Source: a virus (Duplodnaviria; Caudoviricetes). From it: a stretch of DNA of 64,000 bases. Below, in pieces: positions 18,020 to 25,879 of this stretch; positions within the stretch are counted from its first letter, which is position 1, and each line of letters begins with the position of its first letter. A program made the translations under genes and the position numbers. The stretch covers positions 1,906-65,905 of the IMG/VR virus record IMGVR_UViG_3300032236_000727; one strand, written 5' to 3'. Below the pieces are notes generated by a model that searched no databases, had not been told where the DNA came from, and saw only the letters and a program-made list of their open reading frames with translations.

Positions 18020-18638
18020 CACATATTTAAGAAATGCCAGGTCAAGAGCTAGAAGGGATAATGTACCGTTTTCATTAACCAAAGAGTATCTACTTTCCAT
18101 AGCGACTGATGAGTGCCCCATATTTCATACACCGTTTGAGTGGGGCGTCTCTGGTTTAGGTAAGGGCAATACAAAGGACAACTGTCCAACTCTAGACAGA
18201 ATATTGCCAGAGTTGGGGTATGTCGAGGGCAATGTGGCGTTTATCTCGTACAGAGCTAACCGCATTAAAGACAACGGCACCATGCAAGAACACTACGACA
18301 TCGCAGATTGGATATGGTCACACTTATATGCTAAAGATAACGCAACTCCACCCGTACCAAAAAGAACTAATCTCAAAAGCCGCATCCATTCCCAATTTGG
18401 GATTATTTCTCCCACCAGGCTTGGGGAAAACTGCGACTACCCTTACGATTATCAGCAAGCAGTTTGTGGGGAAAACTTTAATCATCGCCCCCAAGAGAGT
18501 AGCGGAGACAGTGTGGGACACGGAAGTGAAGAAGTGGGAACATCTATCCCATTTAAAAGTATCAAAAATTATGGGAACACCGATGCAACGCTTGTCTGGA
18601 TTGCAGACAGAGGCGGATATATACCTGATCAATCTTGA
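18000..18638 (+). CDS. HNH-type homing endonuclease-like protein
   Basis: CP...PTLDRI.PELGYVEGNV..ISYRANRIK. Confidence 0.75.
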   Translation: MKQQHISTYLRNARSRARRDNVPFSLTKEYLLSIATDECPIFHTPFEWGVSGLGKGNTKDNCPTLDRILPELGYVEGNVAFISYRANRIKDNGTMQEHYDIADWIWSHLYAKDNATPPVPKRTNLKSRIHSQFGIISPTRLGENCDYPYDYQQAVCGENFNHRPQESSGDSVGHGSEEVGTSIPFKSIKNYGNTDATLVWIADRGGYIPDQS

Positions 18639-19671
18639 AAATGTAGCTTGGCTTTGTGGCCTTTCAGATAAGTTAGTGTTTACTAACTTAGTGATTGACG
18701 AGAGTAGCCGGTTTAAAGACCCAAGTACTAAGCGTTTTAAGGCACTTAAGAAGCATTTAAAGGGCTTTTCCAGGCGTTTAATCCTGACTGGTACACCTAC
18801 CCCTCAGGGCGTGGGAGATCTCTGGTCTCAGGTGGGTATATTAGACTTAGGGGAGCGTTTGGAGACTAGCCTGACCCGCTTTAGGGACAAGTATATGACG
18901 CCAGACCAGATGAACCGCCATACACGTGTAGTATATAGCTGGAAATTAAAGGAAAATGCAGATCAGATTATTAAAGATAAGGTTGCAGATATTTGTTTTA
19001 GTCTTAAGGCTGAGGATTATCTACAGCTACCGGCTCTTACAACGCTTTATCACCAGGTTGAAATAGACAAAAATGCAAGGAATCAGTATGAGCAACTTAG
19101 AAAAGACATGGTCGTTGAGGTCAAAAAAGAAAAGATCACAGCTCCAACAGCAGCAGCATTGGCGAACAAGCTGCTCCAGTTCACATCGGGAGCGGTCTAT
19201 AATGAAGAAGGAGAGTCTCAAGAAGTACACCGCTCTAAATTGGAACGGCTTGAGTCGATCATGGAAGAATCTTCAAGTCCCACGCTTGTCTTCTATCATT
19301 TCAAGCATTCGCTCCAACGAATACGTCTTTTGTTCCCAGAGGCGGTGGTGCTGGACGATGACAACATTGAGGCGTGGCGTCGTGGCGAGATTCGTATGCT
19401 CCTTGCCCACCCGCAAAGTGGTGGTATCGGGCTTAATCTACAGTGCAACGTTGGAGACACAGCACAAACGGTCTGGTTCGATCTACCATGGAGCTCAGAG
19501 AACTACATCCAGGCAAATGCTAGGATCTACCGCCAAGGGCAAATCAAACCGGTTATTGTACATCACTTAGTGATGACCAATAGCATCGATGAACAGGTAG
19601 TCAAAGTCTTAGATGGAAAAATAAATTTACAACAAGCCCTATTAAACTCCCTAAATTTTGCATTATTGTAA
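18328..19671 (+). CDS. SNF2-family helicase
   Basis: LHPYQ, PGLGKT, DESS, LTGTP, GLNLQ, QANARIYRQGQ. Confidence 0.9.
   Translation: MLKITQLHPYQKELISKAASIPNLGLFLPPGLGKTATTLTIISKQFVGKTLIIAPKRVAETVWDTEVKKWEHLSHLKVSKIMGTPMQRLSGLQTEADIYLINLENVAWLCGLSDKLVFTNLVIDESSRFKDPSTKRFKALKKHLKGFSRRLILTGTPTPQGVGDLWSQVGILDLGERLETSLTRFRDKYMTPDQMNRHTRVVYSWKLKENADQIIKDKVADICFSLKAEDYLQLPALTTLYHQVEIDKNARNQYEQLRKDMVVEVKKEKITAPTAAALANKLLQFTSGAVYNEEGESQEVHRSKLERLESIMEESSSPTLVFYHFKHSLQRIRLLFPEAVVLDDDNIEAWRRGEIRMLLAHPQSGGIGLNLQCNVGDTAQTVWFDLPWSSENYIQANARIYRQGQIKPVIVHHLVMTNSIDEQVVKVLDGKINLQQALLNSLNFALL
19659..19667 (+). promoter_or_regulatory. Phage middle-class promoter box TGCATTATT
   Basis: 6 nt upstream of ATG 19674; no GGGCG. 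Confidence 0.65.
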
Positions 19672-19673
19672 CT

Positions 19674-19991
19674 ATGAGAACAAAAACCAAACCAAAGCAT
19701 AAGATCAACGCAGTAGCACCTCGACTATCAGACGAGGACATTGATCCTTTGGAGCAGGATGACAGCGATCACCATTCGATTCAATTGGTGGACGGGTGGC
19801 TACCCTGGGATCCGGAGGACATTGCAGATATCCGTAGACTTATCATGGAAAGAATGCCAAAGAAACAACGCTTTATAGTAGAGGCATTTTTAGAGGGGCT
19901 TAGTTACGTAGATGTGGATGTAACAGAAAAGTATTGGCGTTATCATTTTAACAAGGGCATTGACTTTATTAAGAAAGAGTTAAAAGTATGA
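19674..19991 (+). CDS. Sigma region-4-like HTH protein
   Basis: IRRLIMERMPKKQRFIVEAFLEGLSY...YHFNKGIDFIKKEL resembles sigma-4 (LP.RQR...GLSY.E...L.KL). Confidence 0.55.
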   Translation: MRTKTKPKHKINAVAPRLSDEDIDPLEQDDSDHHSIQLVDGWLPWDPEDIADIRRLIMERMPKKQRFIVEAFLEGLSYVDVDVTEKYWRYHFNKGIDFIKKELKV

Positions 19992-20173
19992 GCCACTTTA
20001 TTGTAGAACATAACTATAAAGGCAATTATGTTATGGAAACGGTCACTGGTGTGGAGGATCTCGACACTAGCTGCTATAAAGATATATTGGGAATCTGGGT
20101 TTGTGACAGCTTTGAAGAGTTACAGATCATGGAAAAAGAACTAAAGGAGATGAGAGATGCAAGATCCAGTTAA
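19988..20173 (+). CDS. Hypothetical protein
   Basis: 61 aa, overlapping operon gene. Confidence 0.55.
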   Translation: MSHFIVEHNYKGNYVMETVTGVEDLDTSCYKDILGIWVCDSFEELQIMEKELKEMRDARSS

Positions 20174-20396
20174 CCACCCTAAACATTACACCAGCCATCC
20201 GTCGGGAATTGACTGTATTCAAATTACCGAGCACATGAGCTTTAACCTTGGTAACGCTATGAAGTACATCTGGCGAGCAGATTTAAAGAATGACGCAATT
20301 GAAGATCTACGCAAAGCTGAGTGGTACATTCGCAGAGAGATTGAAAAGCGAACCCCAACAATGAAAGAACGCATAAATGAGGAATGTGGAAAATGA
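20157..20396 (+). CDS. DUF3310 / T7 gp1.7-like protein
   Basis: DPVNHPKHY...IDCI...FNLGNAMKYIWR...EDLRKAEWY. Confidence 0.85.
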   Translation: MQDPVNHPKHYTSHPSGIDCIQITEHMSFNLGNAMKYIWRADLKNDAIEDLRKAEWYIRREIEKRTPTMKERINEECGK

Positions 20397-20629
20397 TTAT
20401 TGAAATTGATGATGACACGGTTGACACCATTATCCAAGGTGCGTTAGTTAAGGACTATGTTTACTTAACAGCTGACTTAAAAAAATACAAGAAAAACTCT
20501 GACTATTTGCACGAAGATGATGCAGCAGCTTACGCTGAAGTAGTTAAGGGCATTGAGATTTTAGCTCGTTGGTATTTTGTTCATGGCGAATTTGAAAATG
20601 CCGTTAAATTGGCAAGAAAGAAAAAATGA
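20384..20629 (+). CDS. Hypothetical protein
   Basis: 81-aa operon ORF. Confidence 0.55.
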   Translation: MWKMIIEIDDDTVDTIIQGALVKDYVYLTADLKKYKKNSDYLHEDDAAAYAEVVKGIEILARWYFVHGEFENAVKLARKKK

Positions 20630-20925
20630 AAAAGTATACCCATTTTGATTTAGAAGACGCTATTTACAAAGTGTGGCAGACTGCTGATGATATTGAGACA
20701 CTGTACAAGTACCATGGTGAAGCACCAAAACCAATGACTGAAGATGAAGTAGCAAACACGTTGATTGGTCTTAAACAGCTACATGAAATGCGTTGCTGGC
20801 AGTTAATGGATATGTCAGCCAGAGTATTTGAATTAAACCAGTATTGCACTGATCCAAAAAAGTTAGCAGCAAGAGATGAGTTTTTTGATTTTCCAGTTAA
20901 ACAAAAGAAAGGTAGTAAAAAATGA
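20626..20925 (+). CDS. Hypothetical protein
   Basis: 99 aa, ATGA overlap. Confidence 0.6.
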   Translation: MKKYTHFDLEDAIYKVWQTADDIETLYKYHGEAPKPMTEDEVANTLIGLKQLHEMRCWQLMDMSARVFELNQYCTDPKKLAARDEFFDFPVKQKKGSKK

Positions 20926-21131
20926 GCGAAGAAAAAGTAATTGATAGCGGTTTAGACAACGAGATTTTGACATTCCGTTTTTCTGTAAAGGCAACTAACG
21001 GCTTGCTCCAGATTTTAGGCAACGCACCCTTTGTTGCATCCGCTGGCTATATTCAAGACATTCAAACACAAGCTGGTCCACAAGTTGAAGCATTGGTAGC
21101 GAGTCAAGATGAACCTCAAACAGCTGCTTAA
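20922..21131 (+). CDS. Hypothetical protein
   Basis: 69 aa, ATGA overlap. Confidence 0.55.
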   Translation: MSEEKVIDSGLDNEILTFRFSVKATNGLLQILGNAPFVASAGYIQDIQTQAGPQVEALVASQDEPQTAA

Positions 21132-21339
21132 ATCCGCAGGTATAAGCAATAACATTATAGCCGAAGTTGAGCGTAAGGCTAAAAAGACTACAGCTCAGCA
21201 AGAGATAGAGCATCAAGAAAAGGCTGCGGCGATGGCTAAGATGCTCCTTAATGATGTTATGCCGCACCTGCACGGCGCTCTTAATAAAACCCCTCCATCC
21301 AAGCCTAAAAAGACCATAATCGTACCAGACGATATGTAG
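21109..21339 (+). CDS. Hypothetical protein
   Basis: 76 aa; its TAG stop overlaps the GGGCG of the next promoter. Confidence 0.55.
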   Translation: MNLKQLLKSAGISNNIIAEVERKAKKTTAQQEIEHQEKAAAMAKMLLNDVMPHLHGALNKTPPSKPKKTIIVPDDM

Positions 21340-21368
21340 GGCGGATTTGGACGTTATTTTGCATTATT
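21339..21368 (+). promoter_or_regulatory. Phage late-class promoter GGGCG-N16-TGCATTATT
   Basis: Motif match; drives the tRNA / basic protein / TerS-like cluster. Confidence 0.75.
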
Positions 21369-21502
21369 GTATATAGGGGGTAATATTAGCTCGTCGGGAT
21401 GACGCCTTTTACCCCTGCGCTGTAAAGAAAGCAAAAGGCTGCCAGTGCGCCTTCATAGAACACTGGCAATTTCACACATCACATACACACAGGAGATTTA
21501 CA

Positions 21503-21763
21503 ATGATGAACCCGTTCGAGTTAAGATTCAGTATTTTCAACACAGCTAAAGATCTAATGATCAAGCAGCATGAAGCCAATTTAGCGGCTTGGGAAGTTCT
21601 TAATAAAACAACTAAAGAAGCTGCAGAATTAGCTCCACAGTTCCCAACAACTGAAGAGATCATCGACAAGGCTATTGAGATCAATACCTTTATCAGCGGC
21701 AATACAACCAAAGAATTGACTAATATCGCTAAGAAATTATCAGGCGTTTCAGTTATATTCTAA
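21503..21763 (+). CDS. Conserved hypothetical phage protein
   Basis: PFELR...AKDLM...FPTTEEII.KA pattern; RBS AGGAG. Confidence 0.7.
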   Translation: MMNPFELRFSIFNTAKDLMIKQHEANLAAWEVLNKTTKEAAELAPQFPTTEEIIDKAIEINTFISGNTTKELTNIAKKLSGVSVIF

Positions 21764-21819
21764 GTAGCATACCCCACACGCCTATCGAAGAAGCGCAACC
21801 TTGTGGGGGTTTTAATCTA

Positions 21820-21899
21820 TGTCGCGAACGGGGTAGCTCCCCTGTTTGGTGCCAATTCACCAAACTAGCGACACCCATTAAACTAATTGGAGTTAAAAG
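21820..21899 (+). ncRNA. Structured leader RNA with an RBS-sequestering pseudoknot, copy 1
   Basis: Three-stem junction that covaries with 44182-44263. Confidence 0.7.
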
Positions 21900-22553
21900 A
21901 TGGTAATGACTAAAAGAGAAAGTGGTATTTTAGGCGCACTAAAAAGTAAAGAAATTTGTAAAAAACAAAAAGAAGAAAGAATTGCAAAATACAATTTGTC
22001 ACCTAAACGGTGTGCAAAATGTAATAAAGCTATTAAATACGAAAAAAGAATTAATATTTTTTGTTCACAGTCTTGTTCAGCCATTTACAACAATTTAAAA
22101 AGAAATTCTGATACGCCGGAACAATTTACAGCCACAAAAACAGTTGTCCCAAAAATAAAAATTAAGTTTAATTGCATTACATGTGACGCAATTATAAAAA
22201 CAAAACATAATAAGTACTGCTCTATTAAATGCCAACATGATTTAATTTTTAAACAAAAATTAGAAAATTGGTTGTCTGGAAATTTAATTAATGTCACCAA
22301 CAGATGGCTAAGACGTGCTTTAATTTTTGTAGTTGGAGACAAATGTTCTGTTTGTAATATAACAAATTGGCAAAATAAACCAATAGTTTTTGAAGTAGAA
22401 CATATAGACGGAAATAGCGAAAACAATAGTAAAGAAAATGTTTGCTTAATTTGTCCAAATTGCCATAGCCAAACCCCTACATATAAAGGGGCAAATAAAG
22501 GTAACGGAAGACATTTAAGAAGACAAAGATATGCAGAAGGTAAATCGTATTAA
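21900..22553 (+). CDS. HNH homing endonuclease with Zn-finger repeats
   Basis: FCSQSC, YCSIKC, EVEHIDGN..NN..EN..LICPNCHSQT; AT-rich insert next to the tRNAs. Confidence 0.85.
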   Translation: MVMTKRESGILGALKSKEICKKQKEERIAKYNLSPKRCAKCNKAIKYEKRINIFCSQSCSAIYNNLKRNSDTPEQFTATKTVVPKIKIKFNCITCDAIIKTKHNKYCSIKCQHDLIFKQKLENWLSGNLINVTNRWLRRALIFVVGDKCSVCNITNWQNKPIVFEVEHIDGNSENNSKENVCLICPNCHSQTPTYKGANKGNGRHLRRQRYAEGKSY

Positions 22554-22557
22554 CAAC

Positions 22558-22632
22558 TCCGCTGTAGCTCAGGGGTAGAGCGTTCCCCTTGTAAGGGAAG
22601 GGCCGTGTGTTCAAATCATACCAGCGGAACCA
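22558..22632 (+). tRNA. tRNA-Thr(UGU)
   Basis: Cloverleaf; anticodon loop CTTGTAA; TTCAAAT T-loop; encoded CCA. Confidence 0.85.
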
Positions 22633-22633
22633 A

Positions 22634-22709
22634 GGGGGTGTAGCTCAGTTGGGAGAGCGTTAGCTTTGCAAGCTAAATGTCGTCGGTTCGATCCCGTCCA
22701 CCTCCACCA
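22634..22709 (+). tRNA. tRNA-Ala(UGC)
   Basis: Cloverleaf; G3:U70 pair; anticodon TGC; GTTCGA; encoded CCA. Confidence 0.92.
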
Positions 22710-22727
22710 AATATTTAGGAGATAATT

Positions 22728-22877
22728 ATGGCAACTAAACCTGGACTTTACGAAAATATTCACAGAAAACAAGAACGTATCAAAGCTGGCAGCGGCGAGA
22801 AGATGCGCAAACCTGGCACTAAGGGCGCGCCCACTGCTAAAGCATTTAAAGAATCAGCTAAGACTGCTAAAAAATAA
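22728..22877 (+). CDS. Small basic protein (MATKPGLYENIHRK...)
   Basis: 49 aa, RBS AGGAG; below the ORF-track size cutoff. Confidence 0.7.
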   Translation: MATKPGLYENIHRKQERIKAGSGEKMRKPGTKGAPTAKAFKESAKTAKK

Positions 22878-23140
22878 TGGCAACTAAAAAGAACCCATCT
22901 CTATCTATTAACCGTGGTGAAAAGTTACCAGTGTCTAAAGGTGCCGGACTAACTGCCAAGGGTAGAGCTAAGTACAATGCAGCAACCGGATCAAATTTAA
23001 AAGCACCACAGCCACAAGGTGGTGCTCGTAAAGACTCATTCTGTGCTCGTATGTCCGGTGTAAAAGGCCCTATGAAGGACGAGAGTGGTAAACCAACACG
23101 TAAAGCAGCAGCACTAAAAAGGTGGAAATGTGGTAGCTAA
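22877..23140 (+). CDS. Small basic conserved phage protein
   Basis: GLTAKGRAKYN...LKAP...RKDSFCARM...RWKC. Confidence 0.75.
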   Translation: MATKKNPSLSINRGEKLPVSKGAGLTAKGRAKYNAATGSNLKAPQPQGGARKDSFCARMSGVKGPMKDESGKPTRKAAALKRWKCGS

Positions 23141-23525
23141 AAAAGCCCCAGCAAATAAAAAGCAATTTACTAAGGAAATGGCTGAGACCATTTTAGACCT
23201 TGGTAAACAAGGTGCTTCTCAAAAATCTATGTATGCTGCTATTGGTATCAGCAAGGCCACGGCAGCCAAGTGGAAACAAGATGATCCATTTTTTACCGAG
23301 ACTATGGATATGGCAACCACGTATGGTCAAAGTTTTTGGGAGATGATGCTTCTAGCTAATATCGACAACAAAACATTTAATAGCCGTGTTGCTGAAATTG
23401 CATTACGTGGACAGTACCCCGATGATTACAAGGACAATCGCGAGATCAAGGCAAACATCAAACAAGAAGTTACGGTAGACTTTCAAAAAGAAATTTCTGA
23501 GTTGATTGCCGCCCTAAAAATATAA
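23130..23525 (+). CDS. Putative terminase small subunit (HTH)
   Basis: HTH-like N-terminus (GASQK...IGISKAT...W) followed by a helical region typical of TerS. Confidence 0.5.
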   Translation: MVAKKAPANKKQFTKEMAETILDLGKQGASQKSMYAAIGISKATAAKWKQDDPFFTETMDMATTYGQSFWEMMLLANIDNKTFNSRVAEIALRGQYPDDYKDNREIKANIKQEVTVDFQKEISELIAALKI

Positions 23526-23547
23526 GTATTTATTTTCAGTTTTTAAC

Positions 23548-23585
23548 AAAAAGGCGCTCCAAAAGGGTGCCTTTTTTGCATTATT
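23548..23585 (+). terminator. Intrinsic terminator fused to the phage promoter box
   Basis: AGGCGCTC/GGGTGCCT stem; its U-tract continues directly into TGCATTATT. Confidence 0.65.
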
Positions 23586-23618
23586 ATATGTACAACTAAC
23601 CAGACTAAAAAGGCTAAA

Positions 23619-24752
23619 ATGACTGCACACGCACTTCTAAGCGCGTCAGGATCCAAACGATGGCTATCCTGTACACCCAGCGCCAGATTAGAGGCAACTC
23701 TTCCAGAACAAAAGAAAGGCGCAGGTGCCTTTGATTTCTCGCAAGAGGGCACTATGGCCCATACACTTGGCGAGATTAAACTAAGATACTATTATAATCA
23801 AATTGGAACAGAAGAGTATGAACAAGAGTACAAAGCGGTTAAAGAGTCATCCTATTACAATGACGATTTCGAGGCTAACGTCGACAATTATGTTTTATAC
23901 GTTCGTTCTCAAATCGGTGAAGGAGATACACCTTTATTTGAACAACGTGTTGACTTCTCTGATTGGGTGCCTGACGGGTTTGGCACGGCCGATGTGGTTA
24001 TACTTTCTAAGCACGCCATTCGAGTCATCGATCTTAAATTTGGAAAAGGCGTCCCAGTGTCGGCGATCGACAATACTCAACTTCGCCTTTATGCACTCGG
24101 TGCTTATGCCAAGTTTAAGGACGAGTATCCAGACATCAAAGAGGTCTCGTACACGATCCACCAGCCTCGCTTGGACAGCATTTCATCTGATGGAACAAGC
24201 ATCGTTAAGCTGGTCGATTGGGCAAATTACTTCGTTAAGCCTAAAGCCAAGAAAGCTTGGAGCGGATCAGGAGAATTTTTACCAGGAGAATGGTGTCAGT
24301 TCTGTCGTGCAAAAGCGCAATGCCGCGCCCGTAGCGACTTTAACACCGAACTTGCCAAACAAGAGTTCAAAGCGCCGCCGTTACTAGACGATGATGAAAT
24401 TAGTCTAGTACTCTCTAAAGCACAGAACTTACGCACCTGGGTCAATGATGTAGAAGAGTTTGCATTAAGTAGAGCGGTAGAGGAAAACATTGTACCACCA
24501 GGCTACAAACTCTCTACCACAGTAACCCACCGTAAGATCTCTGACAGCGCCTTAGCGGCCACCGTTTTAGTCGAGAAGGGTATGAGCCCAGAAATTATTT
24601 GGGAACCTCCTAAGCTCAAATCCATAGCAACCCTGGAAAAGCTAGGACCAAAGGGCCAAGTAGCCGCATGGCTAGGAGATTTGATTCAACGTCCAGAAGG
24701 ACAGCCTAAATTGGTCAAGGCCAAAGAGGACGCAACGGAGGATTTTAAATGA
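23619..24752 (+). CDS. DUF2800-family Cas4-like PD-(D/E)xK nuclease
   Basis: HALLSAS..RWLSC, EGT.AH, FGTAD, IDLKFGKG, QL.LYALGA, C.FC....C. Confidence 0.88.
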   Translation: MTAHALLSASGSKRWLSCTPSARLEATLPEQKKGAGAFDFSQEGTMAHTLGEIKLRYYYNQIGTEEYEQEYKAVKESSYYNDDFEANVDNYVLYVRSQIGEGDTPLFEQRVDFSDWVPDGFGTADVVILSKHAIRVIDLKFGKGVPVSAIDNTQLRLYALGAYAKFKDEYPDIKEVSYTIHQPRLDSISSDGTSIVKLVDWANYFVKPKAKKAWSGSGEFLPGEWCQFCRAKAQCRARSDFNTELAKQEFKAPPLLDDDEISLVLSKAQNLRTWVNDVEEFALSRAVEENIVPPGYKLSTTVTHRKISDSALAATVLVEKGMSPEIIWEPPKLKSIATLEKLGPKGQVAAWLGDLIQRPEGQPKLVKAKEDATEDFK

Positions 24753-24892
24753 GTACTTGGTTAATAGCAGCAATGGGTGTCGTGTATTTTGTCGTGGCGA
24801 TAGATCAATTTGTGAAAGGTGGTATTGGTACCGGCATTATGTTCCTTGGCTACGCCATGGGCAATGTTGGACTCGTCATGGTGGCAAAATAA
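24749..24892 (+). CDS. Small two-TM membrane protein
   Basis: 47 aa, MSTWLIAAMGVVYFVV...; RBS GGAGG. Confidence 0.6.
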   Translation: MSTWLIAAMGVVYFVVAIDQFVKGGIGTGIMFLGYAMGNVGLVMVAK

Positions 24893-24907
24893 CAATAAGA
24901 GGTACCT

Positions 24908-25165
24908 ATGATGGTAGAATGTTACGGCGCGGAGTTTGAAATTCCGGACGTATTAATTGACAAATTTCTTAAAGACTTTGATGGATTGCCTGGTAGTGGT
25001 CAGCGAGAAAGCATACTGCAGTTAAGAATGGCAATAGACGATATTTTGGATATAGTAGCAGAAGAGCCAGAAATTTTACACGAGTCAGCGTATCGGACAG
25101 ACTTTGTAAGAGCCTTGGCAATGCAGCAGGCAATGGGTGAATTGGGTATTTTGTACGACTCATAA
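24908..25165 (+). CDS. Hypothetical protein
   Basis: 85 aa, RBS GAGG. Confidence 0.65.
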   Translation: MMVECYGAEFEIPDVLIDKFLKDFDGLPGSGQRESILQLRMAIDDILDIVAEEPEILHESAYRTDFVRALAMQQAMGELGILYDS

Positions 25166-25168
25166 ATA

Positions 25169-25211
25169 TTTCACATTGTGAAACAAAAAAGTACCAAAAG
25201 TTTGCATTATT
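25169..25211 (+). promoter_or_regulatory. Phage middle-class promoter with an upstream palindrome TTTCACATTGTGAAA
   Basis: Perfect 7-1-7 palindrome 19 nt before TGCATTATT. Confidence 0.65.
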
Positions 25212-25279
25212 ATAAGTACGGGTAGACAGGCTGGCCCCGATTGAAGTCCAGTCTTAATGTTAAAAAGGTAATAATCACT

Positions 25280-25798
25280 ATGGCATCAAAATCAATTAAG
25301 ACCAAGTTTGTAACTGGTAAAGTACGTTTCTCTTACGCTAACGTTTTCACACCAGGCGAGACACCTAACGGTACTTTAAAGTACTCTGTTTCTATCCTGA
25401 TTCCAAAATCAGATACAGATACTGTTAATCGCTTTAAGAAAGCATTTGAGGACACCAAGACAGCTAATGCAACTGTATGGGGCGGCTCAATTCCTAAGAC
25501 ACTTAAAGGCGGTTTGCGTGATGGCGACGCTGAGAAGGATGATCCAGCATACGCAGGTCACTACTTTATCAACGCTAGCTCCAATGAAAAACCTGGTATT
25601 GTTGACGCTGATTTAAACCCAATCATTGACACTAGCGAGTTCTACTCTGGTTGCTATGGTCGTGCCTCAATTACATTGTATCCATACGATACAAGTGGCT
25701 CTAAGGGTATCGCTGCTGGTTTGAACAACGTGCAGAAATTAGCTGATGGTGAGAAGTTTGGCGGTTCTACAACCGCAGCAGCAGACTTCGCAGTTTAA
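25280..25798 (+). CDS. DUF2815-family single-stranded DNA-binding protein
   Basis: VRFSYAN, KYSVSILIPK, LRDGD, YSGCYGR, GIAAGLNNVQK..DGE. Confidence 0.88.
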   Translation: MASKSIKTKFVTGKVRFSYANVFTPGETPNGTLKYSVSILIPKSDTDTVNRFKKAFEDTKTANATVWGGSIPKTLKGGLRDGDAEKDDPAYAGHYFINASSNEKPGIVDADLNPIIDTSEFYSGCYGRASITLYPYDTSGSKGIAAGLNNVQKLADGEKFGGSTTAAADFAV

Positions 25799-25815
25799 TT
25801 GTTGTTGTAGTGCTA

Positions 25816-25850
25816 GGGAGTGTCCGTAGAAACTGCGGCCTCCCTTTTTT
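25816..25850 (+). terminator. Intrinsic terminator after the SSB gene
   Basis: GGGAG...CTCCC stem followed by a T-tract. Confidence 0.55.
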
Positions 25851-25879
25851 GTCAACCCATCACCTAAAGAATAATAATA

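Noticed and set aside
23619-24752. Cas4-like nuclease as evidence of a CRISPR system
   Set aside because: It is the usual DUF2800 partner of the DUF2815 SSB and PolA in phage replication modules
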